Shown here: in pieces, positions 36,502 through 45,826 of the stretch
How the letters are laid out: the number at the start of each line of letters is the position of its first letter
Position numbering within the stretch: the first letter of the stretch is position 1
DNA from: Parcubacteria group bacterium
Lineage (GTDB): Bacteria; Patescibacteriota; Minisyncoccia; Moranbacterales; GCA-2747515
NCBI GenBank assembly: GCA_041660065.1
Contig: JBAZXC010000002.1
Coordinates: forward strand, 102,866 to 166,865
DNA: 64,000 nt
Reading direction: 5' to 3'
Made by a program: the position numbers and the translations under genes
The notes under the pieces: model-generated
Databases searched by the model: none
Told to the model about the DNA's origin: nothing
What the model saw: only the letters and a program-made list of their open reading frames with translations

Positions 36502-38985
36502 TTATTTCCAAAAATGTTCCGCTGGCGATTGCGGTGACGGTTGTACGAATACAGAACGCGCAGCTACTTCTCTCTCAATAATGTCGCGATCGCGACCATA
36601 TTTGAGTCGTGATAATTCTTTGATCGGGTCAACGATGTCCGGATTACCTTCTGTCGGAAGGGGTGCTTTCATATTGAACGGTGCCGTTGAAATATTATTG
36701 AGAAGCAATCGCGCAAAATAATTATAATTATCCACATTGATCAGATCCTGCGCAGTAAAGACCGGCGCAAACTGTTTTTCGAGAAATTCTGCATCCTCTG
36801 CACCGACGCGCAATACTGCCAACGAGCCCACGTTACCAAAAACCGCCTTGGAAATGCCCTCAGACAATTGTCCGATAAACTGATGTGCAATGATAAGTGC
36901 GAGCCGATATTTACGCGCCTCAGACAAAATTTGTGCAATTGAATCCGTCGTTACATTCTGAAACTCATCGATATACAAATAAAAATCTTTTCGATCTTTT
37001 TCCGGCATGTCCACACGACCCAATGCCGCCATCAATAGCTTTCCCACGATCACCATACCAAGCAAATGACTGTTTGTCTCACCAATTTTTCCTTTAGATA
37101 GATTGATCAGCAGGATCTTTTTTGTATCCATGATATTGCGAAAATCCAACGTGCTTTTTTGCTGAGAGATGATCGGACGCATCATGTCATTGGAAAGAAA
37201 TGGCGTGAGCTTTGATGTAATATATGGCACCATATTTGCGAGAGCGGCTTCACCGCCGGCTTTTTCCGCTTCATTCATCCAAAAATCTTTGACTACCATA
37301 TTGCGACAACGCGACAATTTCATGCGACGGAAATTTTCATCAGCCAAAACTTTCGGGATTTCCATAAGCGTTGACCCCGACTCCGGATCGTCCATGATCA
37401 GAAGCATGGCATTGCGCATGTACTGTTCAAACATCGGGCCGCCGGTTGCTTTGAGATCATAGAGCTTATCAAAGATATTGATGATCTCATTGATCACAAA
37501 TGTTTTTTCTTCCGGCTTATTGTATTCCAACATATTCAAACCGAAAGGACGTTCTGTATCCGATGGATCAAAATACACCACATCCTCTGCCCGCTCTTTT
37601 GGTACAGCAGTCAGGATATCCTCGATCGCCTCTCCATGCGGATCCACAAAGCACAATCCGTGTCCATTGCGCACATCCTGCTTTGCCATTTCTTGCAACA
37701 ATGTTGATTTACCGGTACCCGTTTGTCCAATCACATAAAGATGGCGACGGCGATCATTTTGTGACAGATAAATGTCCGTATTGACACCGCGATAATCATT
37801 CCATCCCAAATACACACCTTCTTTCGGCACATCGGTTGGTGGTGGCGCACTCCCTGCTTTGAGCCATTTGATCTTTGGCGTTTCTGTTGTCGATATAGGA
37901 AAATGGAAAACGCTCGCAATTTCTTCCACACCCAAAATTACACTCGCATCCTCATCAAATGCACGAAAAATATAGTTGAATGCTTGTTTTTTTGTTCTTG
38001 TGCCGAAACGTTTGATCAAAAAATGATTCACACCGGGATTTTCAAACTGCGAAAAAGCATTTTCCATATGCGACAAAATTTCCTCCGCACGCTCCTGCGT
38101 GCCTGCAGAAGCCACGAGACGAATGTTGGCAAGAAACGCTGCTTTTGATGTTTTTGATTCAATTGCCTTGACCAACTCCTGCTCTTCCGGCGTCAGTTGC
38201 ACTCGCTTATCCATTGCATGTTGTTCAGAAACTTTTTTTGTTCCAAAGGCTTTCCCTGCTTCTTTGAAGACTTCCCCGGCAATGCTCCTATTTACATCTT
38301 TCAGTTGCTTTCCTTGTTGCATTTCATGTGCAAATTTACGCCCTTTTGCACGCCACCCAGATCCAACATCATGCAGAACAATCTGAATACTTGCACCTTC
38401 ATCATGCGAATTTAATTTACTAAACGCCGTCGTAATTTCACTGAGCGGATCCTTCTCCATACGCTCATATGTACGAACCGGCAATGCGCTATGCCTCTTC
38501 AACGACACAACGCCCATCGCTGTTTTTGATCCCGGCGTAAATATTGTATAGTCCTCCACTTTCTCGATCGATGAATCAGAAAAATAACTATGCACTTGTT
38601 TTTCAAGAGAAGATCGATATTTTTTTGGCACAGAAATGTAAAAAAATATTTCTTCTTTTCCTGCAGGATTTGCGATCTCAAGAGTGATCGTCGGTTTGCC
38701 ATACACAAAAGCCCTCCATGAGATCTTTTTATCTTTTAATTGCGCAAGGGAAATAAGAAGCTGTTCCATCACGCCGATTTCTTCTTTCCACATCTCCGGA
38801 TTTTGCCGACCTTTTTCATTGCGGTGTCTATTTTGTGCAACGCGAATCACTTCCAGATCTTCATTCATTGATCTGTTCACAATAATTCGATACCCAAAGA
38901 TACTTCTGAGCACTAAAAATGCTCCCGTAATCACACTGACCACCGCAGACATGCCAATCAAAACAATAAATATAAGACCAAACAT
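36502..38985 (-). CDS. FtsK/HerA/VirD4/VirB4-superfamily P-loop ATPase with an N-terminal TM segment (putative conjugation- or T4SS-type ATPase)
   Basis: N-terminal hydrophobic segment. Walker A HLYVIGQTGTGKSTLL followed by FVDPHGE. Walker B YLYIDEFQNV. C-terminal LALIIAHQFIGQL. This architecture resembles T4CP/VirB4/TcpA-like ATPases. Confidence 0.6.
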   Translation of the reverse strand: MFGLIFIVLIGMSAVVSVITGAFLVLRSIFGYRIIVNRSMNEDLEVIRVAQNRHRNEKGRQNPEMWKEEIGVMEQLLISLAQLKDKKISWRAFVYGKPTITLEIANPAGKEEIFFYISVPKKYRSSLEKQVHSYFSDSSIEKVEDYTIFTPGSKTAMGVVSLKRHSALPVRTYERMEKDPLSEITTAFSKLNSHDEGASIQIVLHDVGSGWRAKGRKFAHEMQQGKQLKDVNRSIAGEVFKEAGKAFGTKKVSEQHAMDKRVQLTPEEQELVKAIESKTSKAAFLANIRLVASAGTQERAEEILSHMENAFSQFENPGVNHFLIKRFGTRTKKQAFNYIFRAFDEDASVILGVEEIASVFHFPISTTETPKIKWLKAGSAPPPTDVPKEGVYLGWNDYRGVNTDIYLSQNDRRRHLYVIGQTGTGKSTLLQEMAKQDVRNGHGLCFVDPHGEAIEDILTAVPKERAEDVVYFDPSDTERPFGLNMLEYNKPEEKTFVINEIINIFDKLYDLKATGGPMFEQYMRNAMLLIMDDPESGSTLMEIPKVLADENFRRMKLSRCRNMVVKDFWMNEAEKAGGEAALANMVPYITSKLTPFLSNDMMRPIISQQKSTLDFRNIMDTKKILLINLSKGKIGETNSHLLGMVIVGKLLMAALGRVDMPEKDRKDFYLYIDEFQNVTTDSIAQILSEARKYRLALIIAHQFIGQLSEGISKAVFGNVGSLAVLRVGAEDAEFLEKQFAPVFTAQDLINVDNYNYFARLLLNNISTAPFNMKAPLPTEGNPDIVDPIKELSRLKYGRDRDIIEREVAARSVFVQPSPQSPAEHFWK

Positions 38986-39013
38986 AAAAATCGATTGTTG
39001 TACTTAAAAACAA

Positions 39014-39451
39014 TTATTGTTCAATGAACCCCTTTGCAATAAGTGCTTGATAAAACTCTTCGGCGCGCATCCGATCATGCAATTGATCCAAAACATAATA
39101 ATCCTCCACCCGTTGTGCCACCTTTACCGCATGTGCCACACCTTTTGTCATTGCCAAATCCATGAGATGCGATATTTGCGACTCACGATCTGCAATTTGA
39201 TGCAATGCGCTTGCATCTTGCGTTATTGTGTCATCATCATGTTGATGCGATTGCGATTGTACTTGTGACAAAATCTGCGTGTACACTGTATCATTTTGCG
39301 CACGCGTTTTTTCCCGTGCATTCTCTTGTACGGGTTCTTGCTCTTCTTGAGCGTGCGATCCTTTTGCATCTTGCACGCCAAAACGGCGCTCCAGACTGAC
39401 AAATTCTGGATTGAGTTTTTCACCACTTGGCGGATTTTGTTGATCTGGCAT
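39014..39451 (-). CDS. Hypothetical acidic protein (145 aa), operon partner of the ATPase
   Basis: 28-nt gap to the downstream ATPase and 23-nt gap to the upstream gene. No motif recognised. Confidence 0.45.
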   Translation of the reverse strand: MPDQQNPPSGEKLNPEFVSLERRFGVQDAKGSHAQEEQEPVQENAREKTRAQNDTVYTQILSQVQSQSHQHDDDTITQDASALHQIADRESQISHLMDLAMTKGVAHAVKVAQRVEDYYVLDQLHDRMRAEEFYQALIAKGFIEQ

Positions 39452-39474
39452 ATTTCTAACTATTCATGATTGAC

Positions 39475-39798
39475 TTATGTTGTGGCTGTTTCCGTAATGT
39501 GTTTTTTGAGATCGGCAATTGCCTCTGCAATGATACTGTCATAATCCGTGAGTTTCTCGCGCAAAAATGTTTCGATCGCGTTTGGATCGATATTCTCAAT
39601 ATTTTCCATCAAATCTTCAAATTGTTTGCGATCAGAATCGCTCAGCTTGGTATAGGCGTCCACTAAAACACGCTTGATTACCGATTCCGTCATACGTTCA
39701 ATAAGACGTTCTTGTCTATCCGCATCCAAATCGGTAAAACCAAATTCTTGTGCGATCACTTGTTGAATTGTTTGTGGTTGTTGAATATCCTGTGTCAT
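39475..39798 (-). CDS. Hypothetical acidic helical protein (107 aa)
   Basis: Co-directional with the cluster, 26 nt downstream of giant protein A. Confidence 0.45.
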   Translation of the reverse strand: MTQDIQQPQTIQQVIAQEFGFTDLDADRQERLIERMTESVIKRVLVDAYTKLSDSDRKQFEDLMENIENIDPNAIETFLREKLTDYDSIIAEAIADLKKHITETATT

Positions 39799-39824
39799 AA
39801 TTTTGTTTTAATTAATTGTCTTTA

Positions 39825-42800
39825 TTATAACTTAAACTCTTGTGGAGGAAAAATTGCATCAGTTTTATGCATCGCTTCTGCGCGTGCCGCAATACGCGTA
39901 AAATATGATTGCACCGTAGCATCTTTCCCTGGCGAACCGACTTCATCACCGAATGTTTGTTTTGCTCGTTCAACTATGCCGGCAAGTCGTGTCTGCATAT
40001 TTGGCTCAACACTGCCCTCCGTTAAAAAAAGATCCAATTTTGTCCCGGCAATATTTTTGATCTGCGCCAATGAATCCAATCCAAATGTTTTTTGAATTTT
40101 TGCGCCAACCATAGTATTCATAAATTCCTTTTGATCGAAATCTGGTCGTTCTCGCAAAATGTTCATGATTTCTATGTCATCCATTTTTGCATATGCTTCA
40201 ACACTTTCTGAAACCGCATGCTCGCCACCATCAACCACTTTTTCCTTCAAAATGTCATGCATATCACCACCCTTGCCACTGAGATAACTTTCCATATGCG
40301 TATTCAAATTCCGCATTGCAATTCTTTGCTGAGTATGATCAGAAAATCCACTCAAATCTCTCTTATAGCCGTCCGCCATCTTGCGCGCCGCATCCTCATC
40401 GATACCTCGTCCCATCAATTCTTTGGTAATATCATCCGCCGATGACTCCGGAGTAAATGTAAATGCTGAAGTCATGACACGATCACCTTCTTTAGGAACA
40501 AAATCATCAGCATTTGGCGAACGTCGCACAACATTTTCCTCTGCGTTACCTGTAGCAGTCCCTTCCTTAACCTCAGCTCCTTCATTATGGATTTCGGAAG
40601 TAGGAGCGATTGGTATTTCTTCAGAAGCTACCGGCATCTGCTCGATCGTTTGTCCTTGAAAATCAATCTCATGGGAACGCAACACATCCTCAACGGTTTT
40701 ATTGTAAAAATCAGCATGATTTTCTTTGGCAAGGTTGATCAAGTACTGATCCATTGGCGTCTGCATGCCACCATTTGCATGCATGAGCTCATCAACATAC
40801 TTATCAGCCGAAACTGTGGCAAAAAATTTATATTGATCATTATCCATGCCAAAGATCTTTTGGATATCTTCTTTTGTATTCACATCTTTGACCACTTCTG
40901 CATTTGAAACGTCTTGCTCAACCGCATGCGGTGCTTCCGTTTGAATATTTGCTTCTTCTGGTACAACGTGCGAACTTCCCGCAAGCTCAACATCCGGTTT
41001 GATATCGCCGAGGTTGTGGAGATCAAGTTTAATTTTTGTGCCAGGTTGTATGTGATCAATGTCAACTCCCGGATGTGCCTCTCTATACTCATTTGCCAAC
41101 ACAACCGCACGCGCCCTTGCCCACTCATGCACATTTTCATATTTTGCCGGATCCCATCCCATCTTTCCTTCAGTCAAAATCGTATGATTGTCCCCATTCT
41201 CGAGAAATTCTCGTATTGTTTTGATCACACTGGAACCCGCTTTAACAGTCAAAACCCCGGCAACACCCTCAGGATCAACAACGATTCCCTTGAGATCGTG
41301 CCACGACTCATTTTTCATCAGATCCTCATTTTGTGGAGTGGGCGCCTCACGATTATCGTCTACCGACTGTACATTTTCATTCTGAACTGCGTTTTGTTCT
41401 GCCATTGACGTATCAGCAGGGTCTGCAGGTATATTTGGTTGTTCCCCGAGAGATGTAAAAGTGTCACCAACAGGCGTTTGATCCGGCGCCACACCTTTGA
41501 TAAGATCATCCAGAGAATCTCGATCAACACTTTGCCCGATGGACTCTTGTGCGTTCTGCACGGCATTCTCCGCAATCTGTGCATCGTCTATGCTATGCAA
41601 TACGGATTGCACTTCTTCCGGATTGATATCTTTTAGCTCTTGCGCAAGCAATGGCTTCCCGAGATTATCCAAAAATTCTTTGTCCGGTGCATGAACGACA
41701 GCATCATGTGACGCAATGTCATTTATGCCATGCGTATCACCACCCATCAGCATAAAAACACTCCCGCCGGCAATCGCGCCCGTGATCAATCCCGCCAATC
41801 GTGCATTGCGCGTGATCGCTTCTTTTCTCTTCACATCTCCCACGATGTTCTTGTAATCAAAATCCATCAAGTGGAGAAATTGTTCTTCTTCGGTCATATT
41901 TTCAAATGCTTTCTTTTCTGTTGCCTTTTCTTTCGTCAGACGATTACTTTGCCATTTTTCTACAAGTTTTGTCGTGCCCATGCCTACTGCCACACCCGCC
42001 CCGATCGGTGCCAAAAACTTTCCCAAAGCAGCAACGCCCTTCAATGTCGACATCGTCGTTTCGCCGGCCCCAAACTTCATTGCAACTTTTGGAGCCATCT
42101 GAAGCATTGTGCGGACACTACCAGAGATCACGCCAAGCCCCACCGATCCTATCGCAAGCGCCTTCTGCACAGTCTTATTGCTCGCCCATCGTGCAATTGG
42201 TGAAAGATACTTTCCCATTGCCGATACATTCTCCGCCTTGATCTTTGTGCGTTGCTCTTGCAAGAGAACACTTTCATTCAAACGACCCTCTGCAATATCC
42301 TGTCGCACCGTTTTTTGATCTTCCGGAGAAAGATTTTGATAATTCTCTGTGAGAAATTGATCTAATTTTTTGCACGCAGATTCATATTCATCACGAAATA
42401 TTTGTAATTCTTTTTGTGCTTCTGTATCATCATGTCCCAATGCAAATTTGCGCAGTTTTGCCAGTGATGCATTGACAGAAATATCTTTACGCATGTATAT
42501 TTCACGCTTTTGCGCAATATCCACACGCAATTGTTCAAGCACTTCATTTTTGATTTCTGCTGTTTTGGCACCATGCGCTTCTGCACGCCTATTGACTTCA
42601 CGGTCAAACTTTTCTTCTTCAGTCATATCTGTATCGCGGGATCCTTCTGCTCTTTCACTTGCATTTTTAACTTCGTCACGCCTGTTAACCTCGCGATCAA
42701 ATTTTTCCTCCTCATGCATGTCTGTATCACGAGATGAACTCTCTCTATTTTCCGCATCTTTACGTCTATTGACTTCACGATCAAATTTTTCTTCTTCATT

Positions 42801-43523
42801 CAAATCTGTATCACGCGATGTTCTTTCACCTGCGTTCACACCGGATCCATTCTCTGGCCCCTCTGCTTTACTGCCATCATCACCTTGTGTCGATGCACTA
42901 TTTTCCAGTAATGTCGCTATAGATGCAATTTTTTCAGCTTCTTCAATATCCTGTGTCAAGACTTTTGCATCTTTTTCATATTTTTCCAATTTCTTTTTTT
43001 CTCCATCAAATTTACCCTGCGCAATATCACTTGCGTCAAATTGTTTTTTACTTTCATAATTTTCACCCGCATCGACTATGCCACGCAACCGTGTAATTTC
43101 CTTCTGCAATTCTTGCAATTCTTCTTTTTTGCCACTAATATTTTCTCCTTTGCGCGCGTTGATATATTCGCGCAATGCATCCTGATCGATATCATGAAAC
43201 GTCCCATCGGCATATTTTGCTTTTTCTGCCAAAAGTTTTTCTCTCTTCTTCTGGTATTTTTCCACATCACTTGCTTTTGCGACAATTTCTCCCGCCGAAT
43301 CACTTGTTGCATGCAAAGCACTTTCTCTACCGGAAATTTTTACATCAATAAGGGCAATCTCTTGATCAATCTCCTGAGAAATTTTTTTTTGATCTCGATT
43401 GCCATTTTTTAGAAACTGTGCAACCTTTTCTGCAGACGCCCCATGCAAAACAGATGCAAAATGTTTTTGGTTTTTTACTAATTCATTTGATTCTGCTACT
43501 GGTTTCATTTTTTCAATATTCAT
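39825..43523 (-). CDS. Giant repeat-containing membrane-associated protein A (1232 aa)
   Basis: N-terminal coiled-coil-like KE-rich region. Three tandem 28-31-aa repeats (SRDTD[LM]xEEEKFDREVNRR...). A central cluster of Gly/Ala-rich hydrophobic helices. An acidic linker. A C-terminal module shared with the upstream paralogue (TVKAGSSVI...VDIDHIQPGTKIKLD; C-terminus KQTFGDEVGSPGKDATVQSYFTRIAARAE). Confidence 0.7.
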   Translation of the reverse strand: MNIEKMKPVAESNELVKNQKHFASVLHGASAEKVAQFLKNGNRDQKKISQEIDQEIALIDVKISGRESALHATSDSAGEIVAKASDVEKYQKKREKLLAEKAKYADGTFHDIDQDALREYINARKGENISGKKEELQELQKEITRLRGIVDAGENYESKKQFDASDIAQGKFDGEKKKLEKYEKDAKVLTQDIEEAEKIASIATLLENSASTQGDDGSKAEGPENGSGVNAGERTSRDTDLNEEEKFDREVNRRKDAENRESSSRDTDMHEEEKFDREVNRRDEVKNASERAEGSRDTDMTEEEKFDREVNRRAEAHGAKTAEIKNEVLEQLRVDIAQKREIYMRKDISVNASLAKLRKFALGHDDTEAQKELQIFRDEYESACKKLDQFLTENYQNLSPEDQKTVRQDIAEGRLNESVLLQEQRTKIKAENVSAMGKYLSPIARWASNKTVQKALAIGSVGLGVISGSVRTMLQMAPKVAMKFGAGETTMSTLKGVAALGKFLAPIGAGVAVGMGTTKLVEKWQSNRLTKEKATEKKAFENMTEEEQFLHLMDFDYKNIVGDVKRKEAITRNARLAGLITGAIAGGSVFMLMGGDTHGINDIASHDAVVHAPDKEFLDNLGKPLLAQELKDINPEEVQSVLHSIDDAQIAENAVQNAQESIGQSVDRDSLDDLIKGVAPDQTPVGDTFTSLGEQPNIPADPADTSMAEQNAVQNENVQSVDDNREAPTPQNEDLMKNESWHDLKGIVVDPEGVAGVLTVKAGSSVIKTIREFLENGDNHTILTEGKMGWDPAKYENVHEWARARAVVLANEYREAHPGVDIDHIQPGTKIKLDLHNLGDIKPDVELAGSSHVVPEEANIQTEAPHAVEQDVSNAEVVKDVNTKEDIQKIFGMDNDQYKFFATVSADKYVDELMHANGGMQTPMDQYLINLAKENHADFYNKTVEDVLRSHEIDFQGQTIEQMPVASEEIPIAPTSEIHNEGAEVKEGTATGNAEENVVRRSPNADDFVPKEGDRVMTSAFTFTPESSADDITKELMGRGIDEDAARKMADGYKRDLSGFSDHTQQRIAMRNLNTHMESYLSGKGGDMHDILKEKVVDGGEHAVSESVEAYAKMDDIEIMNILRERPDFDQKEFMNTMVGAKIQKTFGLDSLAQIKNIAGTKLDLFLTEGSVEPNMQTRLAGIVERAKQTFGDEVGSPGKDATVQSYFTRIAARAEAMHKTDAIFPPQEFKL
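42572..42830. repeat. Three tandem copies of an approximately 90-bp coding repeat inside giant protein A
   Basis: DNA units ...cgatcaaa(c/t)ttttc(t/c)tc(t/c)tca...atctgtatc(g/a)cg(g/a)ga... recur three times, encoding the SRDTDxxEEEKFDREVNRR repeats. Confidence 0.8.
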
Positions 43524-43619
43524 ATTAAATTTTGATTTTCCCTTACGCTTATATTGGTCATTATACTACATTTTATATTGTTCACCTAAAAAACACCCGC
43601 CAATTGCTTTTCACGCTCT

Positions 43620-45686
43620 CTACACTGTTTTTTCTAGTGCATTGTCCTGTAACAAACCCTCTCGCAATGCCACGCGAAAGAGATAATGCGCGACCTTTGT
43701 CTGTGTGTGAGGCGCACCAACGTGTCCGTATGTTTTTTCTGTGTGAGCAATGAGATCACGCAGACGCTTTTGCACTTCATTTTGATCATTTTGCGCCAAA
43801 AAATCGTGCACATTTGCCTGTGAGATCCGTTTAACAAATTGCTGTCGTTCTTGCATCGGTGCATTTTGCAATTCATCCGGTGCAAAAATTTCCATGATCC
43901 GATCAAAAACAATTTTTTTCATCTCCGCACCTTTTTGCGCATCAGACGTGATCTCTTGGATCTTTAGCAATTCTGCTTGCGGCGACATCGTGAGGTTTTC
44001 TTGCGTACCATTATCAAAATTTTTAATTTTTTCTCCTTGATCGCCTACATTGCCATGATCTGTCGCCAAAGATGCTCCTTCTGTCACATCAGTTTCATGC
44101 GCATCATATTCAGAAATTGTCTTGCCTTTTTCTTTTTCATATTGTCCACGTTTTGCGAATGTGATGTTGTCAATATGTACATTGTCAAATCCGCCATCCT
44201 GTGGTGCAAAAGAAAAGTCGATTGTTGTCCCCGGCTGTACATGATCCAAATCAACTTTTTTGCCTCCGCTTTTCTTTTTTAGATCTTTTGCATACTGCTG
44301 TGCGATGCGGTGAGCCATCTGTTCCGGCGTTTTATCAGAACCTTCCAACAGCTCAGGATGTGCATCCAAATGATTGCGCAATGATCCCTCAATACTACTC
44401 TTTGGCTCAACGGTAATAGAGAACGACTGTCCTGATTGATAAGGGTTTTCATTTGCAACGCTACCCTGCGTTTGTGTTTCGATTTTTTCCGGCTGCGCAT
44501 TCTTTGCGTCCTCAACATATTCCTGCACGAGTTTTTGTACATCTCCTTCCTGCATATGCACAGCACCGCCGATGCGATCATCCCTCTGTTCTATGGTCTG
44601 CGTGTCAAAATTGATCTGTTTTTCTTGTTTGTGTCCATCTGCCATGCCGTGAATAATGCCTGCAACTACGAGAGTTGCAAAAAGCACGCGTTTTGTGTAT
44701 CGTGGAAGCTTTATATATTGTGCAGAAAAGTTTTTGACGATTGTAAAAATTTTACCTTTACTTTTTTTTGCTCGTGCATCCGTGATCGCATCATACACCG
44801 CGATGCCTTCATAGGACTCTCCCAACATCATGTCAACTTCTCGCGACCGTCGATCTTCTCCATAGCCTTGCGAAGTAATATATTTACTATGAATCTCATT
44901 GTATGCATGTCTCGCTTTTTGGTATTCAGCATAGAAAATGCCCACGCTACCATCGTTCTTTTTTTGATCTTCACCCTGCAAGGAATTTGCGTTACGCCCA
45001 TCTTTTGCAGGATCAACGTGATCAGTTTGCATAAAAAACTCCTTAACCCTATCCCATGCCGTTTCATATTCAACCTTTTTTTTCGCGTATAGCTCTCTTG
45101 CCTGAACCATTTTCTTTTTCATTTCTTCTACATCAGCCTCTCTGACAATTTCTGGTACCACGATCTCCTGGACAAGAAATGATTTTCCTTTTCCTTTCAC
45201 TATATCATCCAATCGTTCCGCCTGAATTTTTTTAAGAATCACATTGATTTGCGCCTCGTTAATAATGCCGTGTTCTTCCCGCAAGTTTTGTCGCACTTGT
45301 TCAAAAAATTCTGCTCGTGCGCTGACATTTTCAATAGGAATTTCTTTAAAATCACGGATATATTGCGGGACAACTTGCGTCAAAATATGTCCATCGCGAG
45401 ATCTCATGTCCGCATCATACCCCGCAGCAACATTACTACCATCCTCATTTTTTCGATCAAAGTCCAAACGTTGTGCAATAATAGATTCAATTTCTTTTTC
45501 TTCATCTTTTGTAAGATTTTCCCGCACAACAAGACCGGAAACCGCGTCATGAATGACTGTACGTTCTCCCTCTTGATCAACGTGATCCTGTGATTGTATT
45601 TCTTGTTTTATGTGCTCGACGAGACTGGCAACTTTTCTAATAACGTCATCGCTGAGCATTTCTCCATTACCATGATGATCATGCAT
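43620..45686 (-). CDS. Giant membrane-associated protein B (688 aa), paralogue of protein A
   Basis: One TM (RVLFATLVVAGIIHGMA). Shares with protein A a TVxxxSSI...VDLDHVQPGTTIDF module and a C-terminal EKTYGHVGAPHTQTKVAHYLFRVALREG motif. Otherwise low complexity. Confidence 0.65.
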   Translation of the reverse strand: MHDHHGNGEMLSDDVIRKVASLVEHIKQEIQSQDHVDQEGERTVIHDAVSGLVVRENLTKDEEKEIESIIAQRLDFDRKNEDGSNVAAGYDADMRSRDGHILTQVVPQYIRDFKEIPIENVSARAEFFEQVRQNLREEHGIINEAQINVILKKIQAERLDDIVKGKGKSFLVQEIVVPEIVREADVEEMKKKMVQARELYAKKKVEYETAWDRVKEFFMQTDHVDPAKDGRNANSLQGEDQKKNDGSVGIFYAEYQKARHAYNEIHSKYITSQGYGEDRRSREVDMMLGESYEGIAVYDAITDARAKKSKGKIFTIVKNFSAQYIKLPRYTKRVLFATLVVAGIIHGMADGHKQEKQINFDTQTIEQRDDRIGGAVHMQEGDVQKLVQEYVEDAKNAQPEKIETQTQGSVANENPYQSGQSFSITVEPKSSIEGSLRNHLDAHPELLEGSDKTPEQMAHRIAQQYAKDLKKKSGGKKVDLDHVQPGTTIDFSFAPQDGGFDNVHIDNITFAKRGQYEKEKGKTISEYDAHETDVTEGASLATDHGNVGDQGEKIKNFDNGTQENLTMSPQAELLKIQEITSDAQKGAEMKKIVFDRIMEIFAPDELQNAPMQERQQFVKRISQANVHDFLAQNDQNEVQKRLRDLIAHTEKTYGHVGAPHTQTKVAHYLFRVALREGLLQDNALEKTV

Positions 45687-45733
45687 ATCCCATCATTTTA
45701 TTCACTGTATTATCATTATTTTTGTTCCTCACC

Positions 45734-45742
45734 ATTATACCA
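45734..45742 (-). promoter_or_regulatory. Extended -10 element (TGgTATAAT) upstream of giant protein B; candidate operon promoter
   Basis: Minus strand reads gatgTGgTATAATgg, about 47 nt upstream of the ATG at 45686. Confidence 0.45.
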
Positions 45743-45826
45743 CATCATAAAAACACATAACATTCTCCCGACAAAAACTATTCACCTATCATTACAGTTA
45801 CGAGATCTTTCATCATCAAAACATCT

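Noticed and set aside
36502-39798. Type VII (ESX) secretion system (FtsK-like ATPase plus two roughly 100-aa acidic helical proteins)
   Set aside because: The small proteins lack any W-x-G motif. The ATPase has a single P-loop domain and is only 827 aa, against 1300 aa or more with 2-3 domains in EssC/EccC. A T4SS/conjugation-like or novel system is the more parsimonious reading.
42370-43059. 229-aa plus-strand ORF (Ser-rich, SRSNFSSS repeats)
   Set aside because: Antisense to the repeat region of giant protein A; its periodicity simply mirrors the coding repeats on the other strand.
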